From: Takakia lepidozioides
Taxonomy: Eukaryota > Plantae > Bryophyta
Reading direction: 5' to 3'
NCBI GenBank assembly: GCA_030704615.1
Contig: CM060732.1
Span: forward strand, 45,446,001 to 45,510,000
Length of the DNA: 64,000 nucleotides
The notes below the pieces were generated by a model. It searched no databases. It saw only the letters and a list, made by a program, of their open reading frames with translations, and was not told where the DNA came from. Made by a program: the position numbers and the translations under genes. This document shows, one piece after another, positions 1 through 13,122 of this stretch (positions are counted from its first letter, which is position 1; every line of letters starts with the position of its first letter).

Positions 1-3000
1 GCGGATGCAGCAGTTGCCGGGTGTGGTCCTGGCCCTATCGGTGACGGGCATTTTATTGATGGACCCTTGAACGAGAAGCTTCGGAGCAACCGAGCGCGGA
101 GCACTGGAGCGAGTCTGTACAATCTGATGCAAATCAGATCTGACAAGCAAGATTTAAGTTTTGTGAAGAAGGTTGTGCACCCACAGGATGAAATATCTGC
201 CTTCTGCAACGACCTCGTTCCTTACTCAGTAAAGCCTAGGCACGATGGTCGTGAGCTGCTGCATTTTGGATCATTAAATACCTGCTCATTGCATTTTATT
301 GGATTCTACGGGTGTAAGACTTTGATGGCGGAAATGTTTGTCCGGGATTCTGTGATCGACGATGCCACAGCAAGACTGATGCAGGACGAGAAGCTTCAGC
401 CTGGCTTGTACGCGTCTGTGCGACATAACACTGTCTATATTTTCTATTGGCATCAGGGACCGAAGCTGCTGGATGCTCAAGGAAGGACATCTCGTGCAAT
501 TTCATCAGATACCTGGTTGAATTGTGCGACACTGTGCACATTTGTTTGGATTCCGTAGGTCTTGAGGCGTCACTCTCAGTACCTGCATCGACTTCCTCAA
601 AGAGGATACGCACTCAAAGATTGAAGGTATCTGTGGTGAAAGCTTCAGAGAACGACGTCAAATTGAGGAGTGGTTTTGAGATTACACTGTCAGGGAAGCA
701 ACATCTGTCGACGGTCGAGACATTTCCATGCTCCACCGAGCAATCGGGCTTCAAGCTTTCGGAGGGTCTTCACCGTCTAGCATTGCTTATAGCCACTGTG
801 CGGCCTCCGAAAATGCATCTCCAGGATAATCAGACGAGTCTCAAAGTGGAGGACATGCCTAATCTTATCAAAGGTTGGGAGTCCGACTATAACTTGGATG
901 TCTCTAGGTTGAACGATAGGGAATTGCTCGTCTTCTTACAGTGTGCAGAATTAAAAGGCTTCCGAGAGTTTTGTATTTTCAAGCAAGGATTGGAACAACA
1001 AAAAATCGAACAGTCCAAGAAAGTATACAAGGTTGATTCCCTGGTTAGTGTCCAACAAGAACTTGCCTTGAGCATTTTTTCAAAAGGCGCACTCGCGTTC
1101 CTTAGACTCAACTATCCCTGGGAGGAGACCCTGCTGTCGTCAAGTATCATGGATTCTGCTGAGATTACTTCAAGGACTAACCCTGCGGTTGAAGGCACTA
1201 ACAAAAGCCCACCCAACAAACTTACAGAGGCTGCTTCAACACGAGTAAGTATTTCATTAATCCTCCACATGAATGTGTACTGCATGGCACTGAAAAACTG
1301 CTATCTCCTTAGAAAACTGAAATGTATATAGGCCGAGAAGTTGCAGACAATTTCTGTGCTTGTCAAGCTGATATCAAATATCTCACTCTGGAAGTTTCGT
1401 ACATTGTCTGTGCTCAAGCAGGGATCCACACCGTCGATTGCCGCCGATTTCTCAGTCCCTGTGGACCTGAGCCACCACCACGCTGAAACCAGTACAGGTC
1501 TCCAGTCTGAAATTAAGATGTGGCAGCAGTCCAAACAGGCAGATTTTGGTTGCCTCGATCGTGAAATATCTGAGATACGGACAGGCAAGCAGGTCAGCCC
1601 GTTTGTCCGAGAGTTCCTATTTTCTGGCTCCCAGGTCAACTTCCTTCTCAAAAGCGCCGTTAATCTATTAAAGCTGGAAACTACGGTTGATTTCATCGTT
1701 GACGTGAGTGGTAACAGAAGCCTTTCCAAAAACTTGGGCCCTATCATGTATGGCCAGGAAATTTTCTTGCACTTCAAAGACATCGATGGTAATCGTGGGC
1801 AGTCTCTGGCAAGTAAGTTCTTGCCCATCGCTGGGCAGTGCGTCGCAGGTCCTGTCCTCATATCTCAGCCCCTTCGCCTCCAGGTGACTGTGACACACAT
1901 GATTTTCCGTTCTCGAGTAAAAGTGCATGAGCTCATGGGCATCAAAGTTATCAAAGATCCGATTCCAGATCCAATGCAGACTTGGATAGGCTCATACGCC
2001 GGATGCGTCCGATGGGGACTCCGCGAAGTGGCAGCAGTTGCAAACTTTGCCCTCAACAGATTTGGAGAGGAGCATTTTGGCTTACACGCAGGATTGAATA
2101 CTGAACAGCAAGTATCAATTATTCAGAGGATGCTTCATTTCAAATACAACAGTTTTAGATCTCTACTGCCAGTTCATCATCGTCTTCTGCAGGACCAGTT
2201 GGCACACATTCGGGAGACGGAGTTCAATCCGAAGGATGAAAGCGCGGTATTAGATGTTCATCCAGCTGTGCGCACGACGTGCCTCCGCGTGTACAAACGA
2301 GGTCGGTCTGAGTTCCAGTCCAGGGTTTCGGGCATGGTGAAGAATACTTTCTCCCCCCTTTTCAAAGCTAAGGTCAAAGCCGACATCAAATTGGAGTCAC
2401 TATCTCTGGAAGAACATGTGAAAAAAGAGGAGTGCGCCCACATACTGAATCTGCGAAAGACGGTCGCAACCAGAGTTCCTGACCTTCCTACACTCTTCGT
2501 CAAAAGTTGCTCACTGCATGAAACTTACGAACGTGAGAAAACAGCCACCGTCAGTTATGCAGAACAGGTAAATCTAAACAGTGCATCCATTTACCTCCAA
2601 TACACTGCAGGGAAACCAAAGATACGTTCTAGATATGTCCATCTGGATCGTAGTCTAACTCTGAACGCATTCACGTACATATTTGGTTGAATCATGATCA
2701 TAAATCAAAGTAAAAATTTGTTTAGACAAATCGGTCAGATCACCATCAAGACGTACTGATGATTACGTTTTCCCCAATTTAATGTAGATACTCAACTTGT
2801 TTCTGATAAAATTTGTCTCAGGTACTGGAGAAAGAGAACATGACATGGAATGCCATCGAGCTCGCTCCCTTGAAGAAAGATCTGGATTCGCTATCTTCTA
2901 CATCCAGTCATTCTGCAACGATCATCCCCACGTGCTCTGTACCTATGAAGTTGATTGATCTAGACACCACACAGGAGAGATTATCCAAAGTGTCCTATTT

Positions 3001-5971
3001 GAAATCTGGCGAAGTTCTCGTCCTTGTTCAGCAAATTGTCGGGGAGGCACTTTACAAACTTTACCTCAGCCCGAGGTTTGGAGTGGATCTTAGCACTGCA
3101 AATCCTATCAGGGTGTTCAAGAGGGGCACTGATCGACTAGCATTTGATGAGACGTGTAAATTAATAGCCCTCTATGACCGCTCCCTGGCCACTGTCAAAA
3201 TTGGTCGGTTTGGCGAAAGATTCACTACTGTGGACTGGACCGGTGTCGAAGTGGCTTTGAACGACTGGGGGATCAACAGTGTCACGTGGATGGAATTTGT
3301 TCCTGGGAAGAGGGAGCTTGTCATAATTGATGATGCTCAGTGTGTTCGTCTGTTTGAAATGAGCCCGTCTGCTATGATGCGCCCACGGAATATTAAGTTC
3401 AATCCATTTTTCAAGGCATGCATTTCCGTCGATGGAGCTTGCCTCATCGTTTTTCACAAAATTACAAAGGACTACGAGGTTGCAGACGAACCACTGCCAT
3501 CTGAAGAAGTTTCTGTGGAAATTCCGAGCTTAGACAGTACAGCTGGTAAGTTTTTCAACTTTCTATAGTTTCGGTCATGATGATTTAAGGCACTTGATCT
3601 CACTTCATGCATGTAAATCTTGAACACCACGGTGGCTATGTAGTTTTTGGTGCAGCGGGACTGCGCGTGGGGTATTATCGTTGATGCGAATAGTGGACTG
3701 TCGATAGGAGGACGATAGCTCAATGTGGACTGTCGAATCTAGATATGTCACGTTGCTTCACCTGCACCCAATTGTGATGCATGAACGAGTGCATTTAGTA
3801 ACTGCATATTATCAAGTCCTTGATGTTTTCTGGACAGCAGGGGCAATCATTCGAGACTCGAACAATGAAGCTGGCAATTTGGCAGTTGAAGTTTACATGC
3901 TTGATGAGACGATGTCACATATGAAAAGCGTTGAGCTGGACGTGCTGATTACAGACACCGAAAGGTTGGTGGCAACAGTGGTGTGTTTTGGCCCACAAAT
4001 GCATTTGGTAATCCATGACAGTACGAAACCAGAGGTTATTTGCTCCAGATTGTTGGAGATCAGCTCTGCATCTGAGGTTTGTGAATTGAAAGTACTGAAT
4101 AACAAATATCAGAAAGTGGAGGAGGTTGCAAGCTCATCCGAGAGGTTATGTATTGAGTTGGAGTACATTTACTACATCTTCGATAAGTACTCGGTGAGCC
4201 CTCCCTTACAAAGCAGTTTGTCTGAAACCGGTTGTACAAGACGGCAATTATCTTTTGAATTACTGTGGAAAGCTGGACAGGTGCAGATGAATCTAAGTGC
4301 ACAAACTGTCCACTATGTGAGTTCTCCAATGGAAAAACTCAAGCAAGAAAGAGGGAAAGATTTCTCTGGGCTAGAAATCATCTTCAATTCCCAGTCACTT
4401 GAAAGTTTCAGACTGTTGCCTGGGACATCAAGACAAATGCAGGTTGGAAGCTTCTCCAGCAGTAGTCACACTGCAGTGAAGGCCGGGGATTGGGTACAAC
4501 GTCTGGTTTGCCTAGTGCCGATTCAGATTGCTCGGGCAGAAAACAATGGTTTGAAGCCTCTCGTGGATGGACTGCAGATTCCAGCTAACCTGAATTATGC
4601 AGATGCTCTTTCTCTGGCGAATGTGATTAGATTTGGGTTTTACGATTCGGTCCTGGAAAGTTGGGTGGGGAGCATCAAAGTGGTTTCCTCTATGGGGAAA
4701 CAAAGCAGTGGTAAATCATATCTTCTCAACCACTTAAGTGGTTCTCTGCTCGATGTAGCTGGAGGTCGCTGCACCGATGGTGTGTGGATGACGATGCGCA
4801 CCACAAACGATTGCATGTATATTTTACTTGACTTTGAGGGCCTCGGAAGCTTTGAGCGCAGCGAGCAAGAGGATATGCTTCTTTCCATCCTTAATGCAGC
4901 TGTCAGCAATATCACGATCTTTAACAAGAAGGTACGTTCCCAACCCCTTCACAGGCTTGATGGTCCAATTTTATGAACCTGCTTCGGACTAGCCACATGT
5001 TCTCTTCAAATCTCCAAATTTCACTAAACTAGTTGAAGATGCACCATAATATAGGTCAAACTTCGACTGCTCAATGTGTATATACCGTACAGCAGACCTG
5101 ACCGTCGTCTTTCCTGAGCTTGCTTGACACTACAGACCTGTAATGAACATTCTGACTCTCAAATGGCGCTCGAGATCACTGAATGCATTGGAGAGACGAA
5201 TTTAAGCCATCCAAGCTCATGGAAAACTAATTAGTGCCACCCCAGCTCGTACCAGCTCATTTCAGTTGCATGGGCCCATTCCATCCGTCGTATGTACATA
5301 CAGTTCCTCTTCCGATGAGGAGCGGGTGAGGAGGTGGCACATGATAGATGTGATTCTTGCAGGACTTCCATTTGGACAAAGAGACGGAGGCAGTATTCGA
5401 AAGATTTCAGAACGGAGTGAGTTTGGTGAAGGAAGATGAAAAGCTATTCAAGGGCCTCTTCTACATGGCCGTGAAAGACGTGGACGCTGCAGATGTTGAG
5501 GATTTGAAACGGGAATTCCAGGACAAAATCTCTCTCATTTGCAGCAAATCTCAGGACAATTTTCTGACGAAAATGTATGGTGGAGAGGTTGATATTGCCG
5601 CCATGGCTCCCTTCAATCGCCCAGAGTTCTATGAAAGCATCATTGACATCGCCAGAACTGTTGAAGAGCTGGATACTTGCAACCACAATGGACAGGGCTT
5701 CAGTAGAGACTTGAAGCTGGTGATAGCTCAGATTAGTGCCAAGGATTGGTCGCCAATCGACTCGAAGCGCGTTGCATTCAAGGTCAACTTGCTGAAAAAA
5801 CATCTCAGTTCAGCTGTCACCTTTGGGCGCTCGAGAGTGGCAAACACCAAGATGCCATTGCTAAATTTCGACACCGACGAGAACATTAATGAATCGGGTC
5901 ATATGCAAGTAGACGGTTATGACTTTGACATGGTTGACACCAACATTCAATTGGCTCCTCATGAAAGCCAG
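1..5971 (+). pseudogene. Large VLIG/GBP-family (dynamin-superfamily) GTPase gene; 5' end outside the window, frameshifted near 477 and apparently truncated at the C-terminus
   Basis: ORFs 67-558, 447-1331, 1341-2690, 2813-3568, 3723-4976 and 5357-5980 link through introns (e.g. donors after ~1245, ~2567, 4931, 5971). G1 VVSSMGKQSSGKS, G2 GRCTDG, G3 LLDFEGLGS and G4-like AVKDVD are present. Only ~0.9 kb separates the last donor from the catalase stop, with no recognisable continuation. Confidence 0.7.
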
Positions 5972-6855
5972 GTAAATTAACTTTAAATAGAGTACTGTAG
6001 GATTCTTACATGTGATCTGAGATCACTTTTCAAAACTGTACAAATATCTTGGCCCAAATACAAACAAAATTAAGCTGCGGTACTCTAGGATTATAGGTCT
6101 TGCGGCGTCGCGGTGCTGAGGGAGACTCTTGCACATGCTTGGTAGCTTGCTGCATAGTTTCTGAAATATTTTGGGCTCTTCCAAGTCTGATCAGGTGATA
6201 GGAACCATTTTGGATTCGTTGGGGAAAGCGTTTCAGCGTGCACTGCACTGCACTGCACTTAACAGTCACCTTCAAGTAAACGTTTCTAACTCTTCATGTA
6301 GTCCAGTCTATATATGTATTGCTACTTAGTGCTAGTCCGGTCTGTATATGTAACACATACGAAAGTGAAGGAAGGGGTGCTGCCTTTCTTAGACAAGCAT
6401 TCATCTGTAAGTGCCTTTGTCAGGGAACTCTAAATCTGCATATATATTATAGATTTTTTTATTAAAAAAATACAACACCACACAAACCTAACTTGAGACT
6501 AGGCTTTTTGCAGCACATAGAGCAAGCAATGCAAAATGTCAAAAATACTCTCTTATACGATAAAATGCATCATTAAATAAAACTCCATCATGCCACATTT
6601 GCTGTTGACAAGCCATCAGGCAGAATAGGCTCAGAACAATTACAGCTCAATTGACATAATTTACAAATCTACACTGGAAGCTAACAGCCTGTATGGGTTA
6701 CCAAAGACATAAATCATGTCGATAAATGCACACCTGGAACTACTGAAGTAAGTCCATTTGTTGTGACAAGATACCCTTACAGAATACATTGCAACATCAT
6801 GGTGCCCACTAGAGATAGCTGTATCATAACTAGTCCTTTACGTAGCATAGGGTAA

Positions 6856-9800
6856 TCACATATTGGCCTTCAGACCCAGGCGTGATGCAACTTTTAGGCC
6901 CAATGTCTTGTCGCACTGTTAGAAACAGAGACACACACCTGCAATTAGTATCTTATCTATTTCTTTCATTGCAGTGATTTTTATCCTAAACTTCTTTCCC
7001 ATTGTGCACACTCACTTGGGTGGCCAGAGCCTTTGCATTAGCAGGCTGAGCTGGCCTCTCTCTAAGTTTGACCGAGGTCCAAATTGCAGCAAGAGAGAGA
7101 CACAAAAAAGGAGAGAAGCCAAATTTTGCTCTATCCTCCTGAGCAGGTATAGACTAGTCTGTAAACACAAATACGAGTCTCACTGCCAGATCCCTTAAGC
7201 GACTGACATCCTCCTGTGATCAGAACCATCAAAGTTTTAATGCAGAATGGCTACACTATCCTAAACCCATGTAATATCAATAAAACACCACTAAACAATA
7301 ATTACATCGCACAGTTATAAGGAACAAAAAATTCCCTGATGACTGCAATCAACCCAAAATATGCTGAGTAAGCCTTTCAAGAGGCAACATGACTGACCTG
7401 CGACCAATAAGAGAGCCAGATGCTCCGGACCTCAGGAGTGACACGAGCGTCTGACAAAGCCTCTTCCCACATTTTGATGAAGCGCTCTTGTCTGCAGTTG
7501 AATAGACAACTATCTGGTCAGATCTGATGGAGTCAGGAACTGCCAACTACGAACCCTGCCTCCAGCCTGTCCTCATGCTGTTCCAAATTTGTGTTGCTTG
7601 CAGCCAATAAAATAATTATTAACAGCCAAAGTTGTTACAGTGGTCAGCAGCATCGGGTATCTATCCCCTACCTCGGCAGTTACTCCTTACAACATACATC
7701 TTTCACACTTCCGGGAAAAACAGATGCTCTTGCTGCAGGAATGTACTGGGATTCAAAAACACATGTGAAATTGGGTATACTCCAATGAAAGAGGGCCCAG
7801 CCAACAATAACTGCAACCATTATCCGAAAGGAAACAGAGAACACAAAGGTCTCAGAGACAAAATTGAACTAAAAGCCCAGAGGAGAATGGCTGGTGTAAT
7901 TGCACTTATACCTGTCAGGTGCCCATGACCGGAACCTTGCGCCAGGCTGTGCAAAGTTGTTTTCTTTCTCAATCATCACCTGTAATTTGAATAAAGGCAA
8001 CATACCAGATTACATACTGAATACGCTTTAAAAATATTTACCATCCATATAGGTAAAATTCACCATAATGAGCAATACTTGTTTTAGAAAGTCTTTTGTT
8101 CAAAACTAATACAAATATGAGGGGACTTTCAGTGGTCTCCAAAGACAGAAAAAACTACAACCTTCATTTACCTACCCTGGTCAGCATTATGCAAAGAGAA
8201 CCAGCATCTACAAACTTGGCTAACGGAACTTCAAAGACAAAAGAACCATAGAACCACCATACCACTAATACCTAAAACCCTGGACAAGCGCAAGAAGCCT
8301 TACCTTTTCACGCTTTCCACTCACGACAGTGGATGGAATGGGCACTCTTTCTGAGTGGCGGACAGGATCGAACCGGGATGGGAAATAGTTCACCTGTCAC
8401 AAAAATCAAGTACATGATTATTCACTGAAAACAATCTACCCATAGATCAAACGCAGAGATATCAGCCTAGGGCTCATTTCCTCGGCCAAATGTATACCAG
8501 TCTCTCAATGCAACAACCCACATTACTGTTAAATCAAACATTATACCAGGTCCCAAGGACAAAGAAAACATACAAAGGATCCACATAACCTTAGGGAAAT
8601 AACAATAGAGTGACGGAGAGAATCTGCAGCAGACACTAAATACTTGCATAATAAGTAGGGCGAGTTGGCATCAAAATACACTCACCTCCTCATCTCTGTG
8701 CATGAAGTTCATGGCACCCTCATGATGGTTGTTGTGGTGGGCACACTTAGGAGCATTTACAGGCAGCATCAAGTAGTTGGGACCCAAACGGTGTCGCTGC
8801 GTGTCCGCATAGGAGAAAATACGGGTCTGCAACAGCTTGTCATCCGTGTAGTATACCCCAGGCACCACAATAGAAGGGCAAAAAGCAAGCTGCTCATTCT
8901 CAGCAAAGAAGTTATCAATGTTCCTGTTAAGCACCAATCGTCCCACTGGTTGCAAGGGGAAGAGCTCCTCTGGCCAAATCTTAGTAACATCCAATGGGTC
9001 AAAGTCAAACTTATTTTCGTCTGCCGGATCCATCGTCTGGATAAAGAGCTTCCACTCTGGGTAATTACCCGCAGCAATAGAATCATACAGATCCTTGGTG
9101 GCATGGCTGTGGTTTGAACCCCCCACAACTACGGCCTCTTCGTTAGTCAGGGTTTTCACTCCACCAGTTGGAAGCCAGTGAAATTTGACATATGTTGACT
9201 TGCCCACCTTGTTGATCAGTGTAAACGTGTGCACACCAAAACCTTCCATGAATCGGTAGTTTTCAGGAATGCCCACATCATCAAACAGAAAAGTAAACAT
9301 GTGGCAGCTCTCTGGATGATGAGAGAAAAAGTCCAGAATGCGCCATATTTCTTGAATATGAGTCTTAGGATTGGGCTTCAGGGCATGAACCATGTCAGGA
9401 AACTTCATTCCATCTCGTACAAAGAAGACTGGAAAGTTGTTGCCCACCATATCAAAGTTTCCCTGATGTACATACCAGATCATTCCATGTACATCAAAAA
9501 ATGAGGAGAGCACCTCAAGTCTAACCTAGATCATTGGCTGGGCCTGACCTGCTTTGCGTGCAGCTTCTCTGTACAAATCTACAGACGGTAGTAACAAGAA
9601 AATGAAAGTGCCTGCTGCCGAGTCCTTTTCTCACTTTACAAGTCAAGGTGTTCATAAGCCAGTAGTTCTATAATGCTGCTCACTAATATGTGCTCAAAAC
9701 AAACGGCAGGTCCTAATTTCCATCCCCTGTCCTGCAATAATGCAAAAGAAATTTAGTTCAAACTCTTAATAAACTTAAACATACCTCGCGAGTGTAAAAT

Positions 9801-11375
9801 TTGACAGCAAAACCTCGAGGATCCCTGAGAGTCTCAGGGCTGCCACGTTCATGTATAACAGTTGAGAAGCGAAGAATCACCGGGGTCTGCACACCAGGGG
9901 CCCGCAGAAAATCGGCACAGGTGAGATGAGAAATATCATGGGTGACCTCAAAAAAACCCTTGGCACTTGCTCCCCGGGCATGAACCACACGCTCAGGAAT
10001 GCGCTCCCTGTCAAACTGCGCAATCTTCTCTATCAGATGGTAGTCTTCCAGCAAAATGGGGCCTGCAAACCACATCCACACATCAGATACATACACCAGT
10101 AGTGTATCATCTGTAATTAAATATGGTGAGTTTTGTAGTGTCCACTATTAAACCAAGTACACAAACCAACACCTGACTCTCCCAGAAATTGAAGCTTGTA
10201 CTCTCCTACTCTTACTCAAACTCACACTCTTTGATGAGTGGTAAATGTCTACCCACTTTCAATGAAAAGTGATGGACACTATGGTACACATCTTACTAGT
10301 TCAGAACACCAATCAACACTAACTTGGCTTTCTTGTACAGATACACCCACCAGAGAGGTGCAGCTCTTCACGATTAAAATTCATGGGGGAAGGTAGCATC
10401 TTAATGATTTTTGCCTAACTGGATACCAAGGAAATTGATAGGCTAATAATGAAAATGACCTTCTAACATTCCCAAATTCCTAGGGCTAGGAAAATCTTCC
10501 TCTTCTCTGCTAATCTGTGCAGACGAGCAGTTCAATCTATCACCAAAAGGAATTGGGAAGCCCAGTCATTTGGGTGCAACATCAATTTCCACTCCTCTTC
10601 TTTGTGCCTCTCTAGAGAGCTCTCTCTTCTCTGTCTAAGTTAGTCTACACTGAAATCTCTGAAATCACCTTTAAAGTGCTACAGGATTTGAGCAGAGAAG
10701 GTTAGGATCATAAAATCAATACCTCGCTCTCCCACAGTAAGAGATGCATTGTTGTTCCACACAGGAGCGCCCGAATTGGTGGTCCAAAATGGAGAGTTGT
10801 AAGCACTTGATGGCCGGAACTGCCGCCACATCCACTCACCGAAAATCTCAGTATCGTCTTACTTACACAGCCAGATTTGTCAGGACTACTACTCTTACAC
10901 AACCCGTAGCTTCATGTTCAGGTCTACTCGCAACGTAGTCCTCAATTGACTCATACAGAAATAGCTTCAAAAAAGATAGAGATCAATTGCAAGATGCAGC
11001 CCCGCATGGACTGAAATCGAAGGCCACGAAATTGCAACTTTCAAAATTCCATGGCAAGAAAACTTAAAGCTATTGAATCCTCCAGGAAACCAAATTCCAT
11101 CAATCCTCTCTCAACAAACAGTCCAGCGGAAACATACCAGCAAATAAGCACAACCAGACACAATGTGCCTCAATCATCCCCGGTACCTCCCGCCTTACAC
11201 TACTATCAACATACAGCATCTCCTACAGACACCCACCTTCTCATCCCACCCAATTTCCTCCATCCCCAATTACCCGCACGAACAGAAAACAAGACAACGT
11301 ATCCATACAAGCCGCCAATCCAAACAAAGCACAGGAAAAAGAATGTCAACAGCAGAGCACCTTGTAAGGATCCAT
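6856..11375 (-). CDS. CAT: Monofunctional heme catalase (plant type), 8 exons, 492 aa
   Basis: Exons 11375-11361 (MDPYK), 10819-10723, 10062-9785, 9462-8686, 8393-8304, 7979-7912, 7491-7398 and 6915-6856, all GT-AG, total 1479 nt. Motifs [29 protein letters not shown] and [12 protein letters not shown]. Confidence 0.97.
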
Positions 11376-13122
11376 CCTGGATAGCAATCAACCGAACCAC
11401 AGACGTCTGTACAATATGACCACCACGCACGTAATCACTCTGCCCGCAAGCAGGCACCAAAGCGTATGCGAAGGTCAGATGCTCCGGTGCCCACGAATGC
11501 GGTGGGATTTCAAGGCGCCGCCGACATCTCATCACTGGATAGAAAGAGATGATGTGACCGCCAGTGTGCGCACCGCGGGCCTCGATCGTGGCCTTCATAT
11601 TTTCCTTCCACGTGTTTTTCCAGGCCCAAAACTTTCATCACGGACTCGAGAAGAGGACGACTGATGAATGCCTGCTTCCTGTCCACTTGTTGGTGATGGG
11701 TTCAAATCCTGTAGTTCTTTTCCAAGCGAGATGCAGCAGGAATTCTGTCTCGAGGAAAGTGTTTCCATGCCAAAACGATGGGTTTTATTACCTCCATGGC
11801 GGAAAGTCCAGTGTAGATTGCTGGTTGCTGGGGGGGACCCACATCGAGAGTGAGGAAAGTTATGGAGCCTGCCCAGTCTGTCCTTTTAGCTCTCTGTAGG
11901 TACACTAGTCCAATGTCCAGGAAGGTGCCATGCTGTTCGGTCGGAGAGAAAGTGACGGTCATGGATAAGTGAGCAGATGCAGAGGTACAAGGTGGTGTTG
12001 AAAGGTGGGCGGTGAAAGCTGAGTTAAAGATTGAGCACAAGTGCCTGCATCCCCGCCTGTCTTTTGTTCCATAGTTTAGGTGGTGACTTGAGGTGGAAGA
12101 GGAGATGCGAGAGTGACCGAGAACGCAGTACGACTAATATCTGTTGAGCTACACCGCTTCGGAGCGCTGGTGGCGGCATCTTGTCTTCTCGCGGGTAGAT
12201 GCCTTGGCTCTTACTTTACGCATTGACACCAGATCATGGGTACGATGAAGGTTTTAGTACTGAATATAATTTGTTTGTTCCTGAGGCTAGGAGGTATTCA
12301 AATTATTTCAACTGTCCAGTTATCTGTGTCTAGCAGTGATCATTTGGTTTGAGCCTGAAGAGGTCGTTTAGAATCGGGCAAATTTCTGGAAAGGAAGTGT
12401 CCAGCTTCAGAGCTAGTGTGGGGCTCTGTCCATAATCTTAACTATAGCACGGTGGTATGCCTGTGTATGGTTTTGACCCAGCTTTTCAGTTCTATCGTGG
12501 TACCTGATTCCCCAAGCCCATTTGGAGATTTAAACCTTAAAGCTTTGGGAATTCCATCTGCTATGGTTGCTTGTGGACGGGGATTGGGCTGGGGGGTTTG
12601 AGGCTGCAGTATCAAGCAGTCAACTGCTTGTAGGATGAGCAAGTTCTTTATTGTCATATGATCTTGCCGGGGCTCTCTCTAGGAGCATTTTCGACGGGCT
12701 GAGCTTATGCCTAAGTCACCTGCATGATTCCACATTGGTGCTAGCCACATAGAATCTTGCAGACAGAATTAGGGTAAGTGACGGTGGTCCATGGGTTTGC
12801 CCACAACTTGCACTGTAGAGGGAAGATCTGGGCCCCTGCATTGAACGATACCTTGGAGAATCGCCTATCGACTGGCCTGTCAGCCTTTTGTTGGTTAGGG
12901 GTTGACGTATTTGACCTACTTTAGGGTTTTGGAGTTGTTCAATTGTAACTTTTTCTCTCCTGCAGTCATTTGAAAAAAGTTAGTGCCTCCCAATTGTATC
13001 CAAGGTGTCCAGACTTGACTCTAATTGGTTTCCAATGCTAATTTGCTGCAGACAGGGTCATTATGCGGTCACCTGTGGTTCAAGATTAGCATTTAGTCTC
13101 CAGGCAGCTCTACCTTGCAAGG

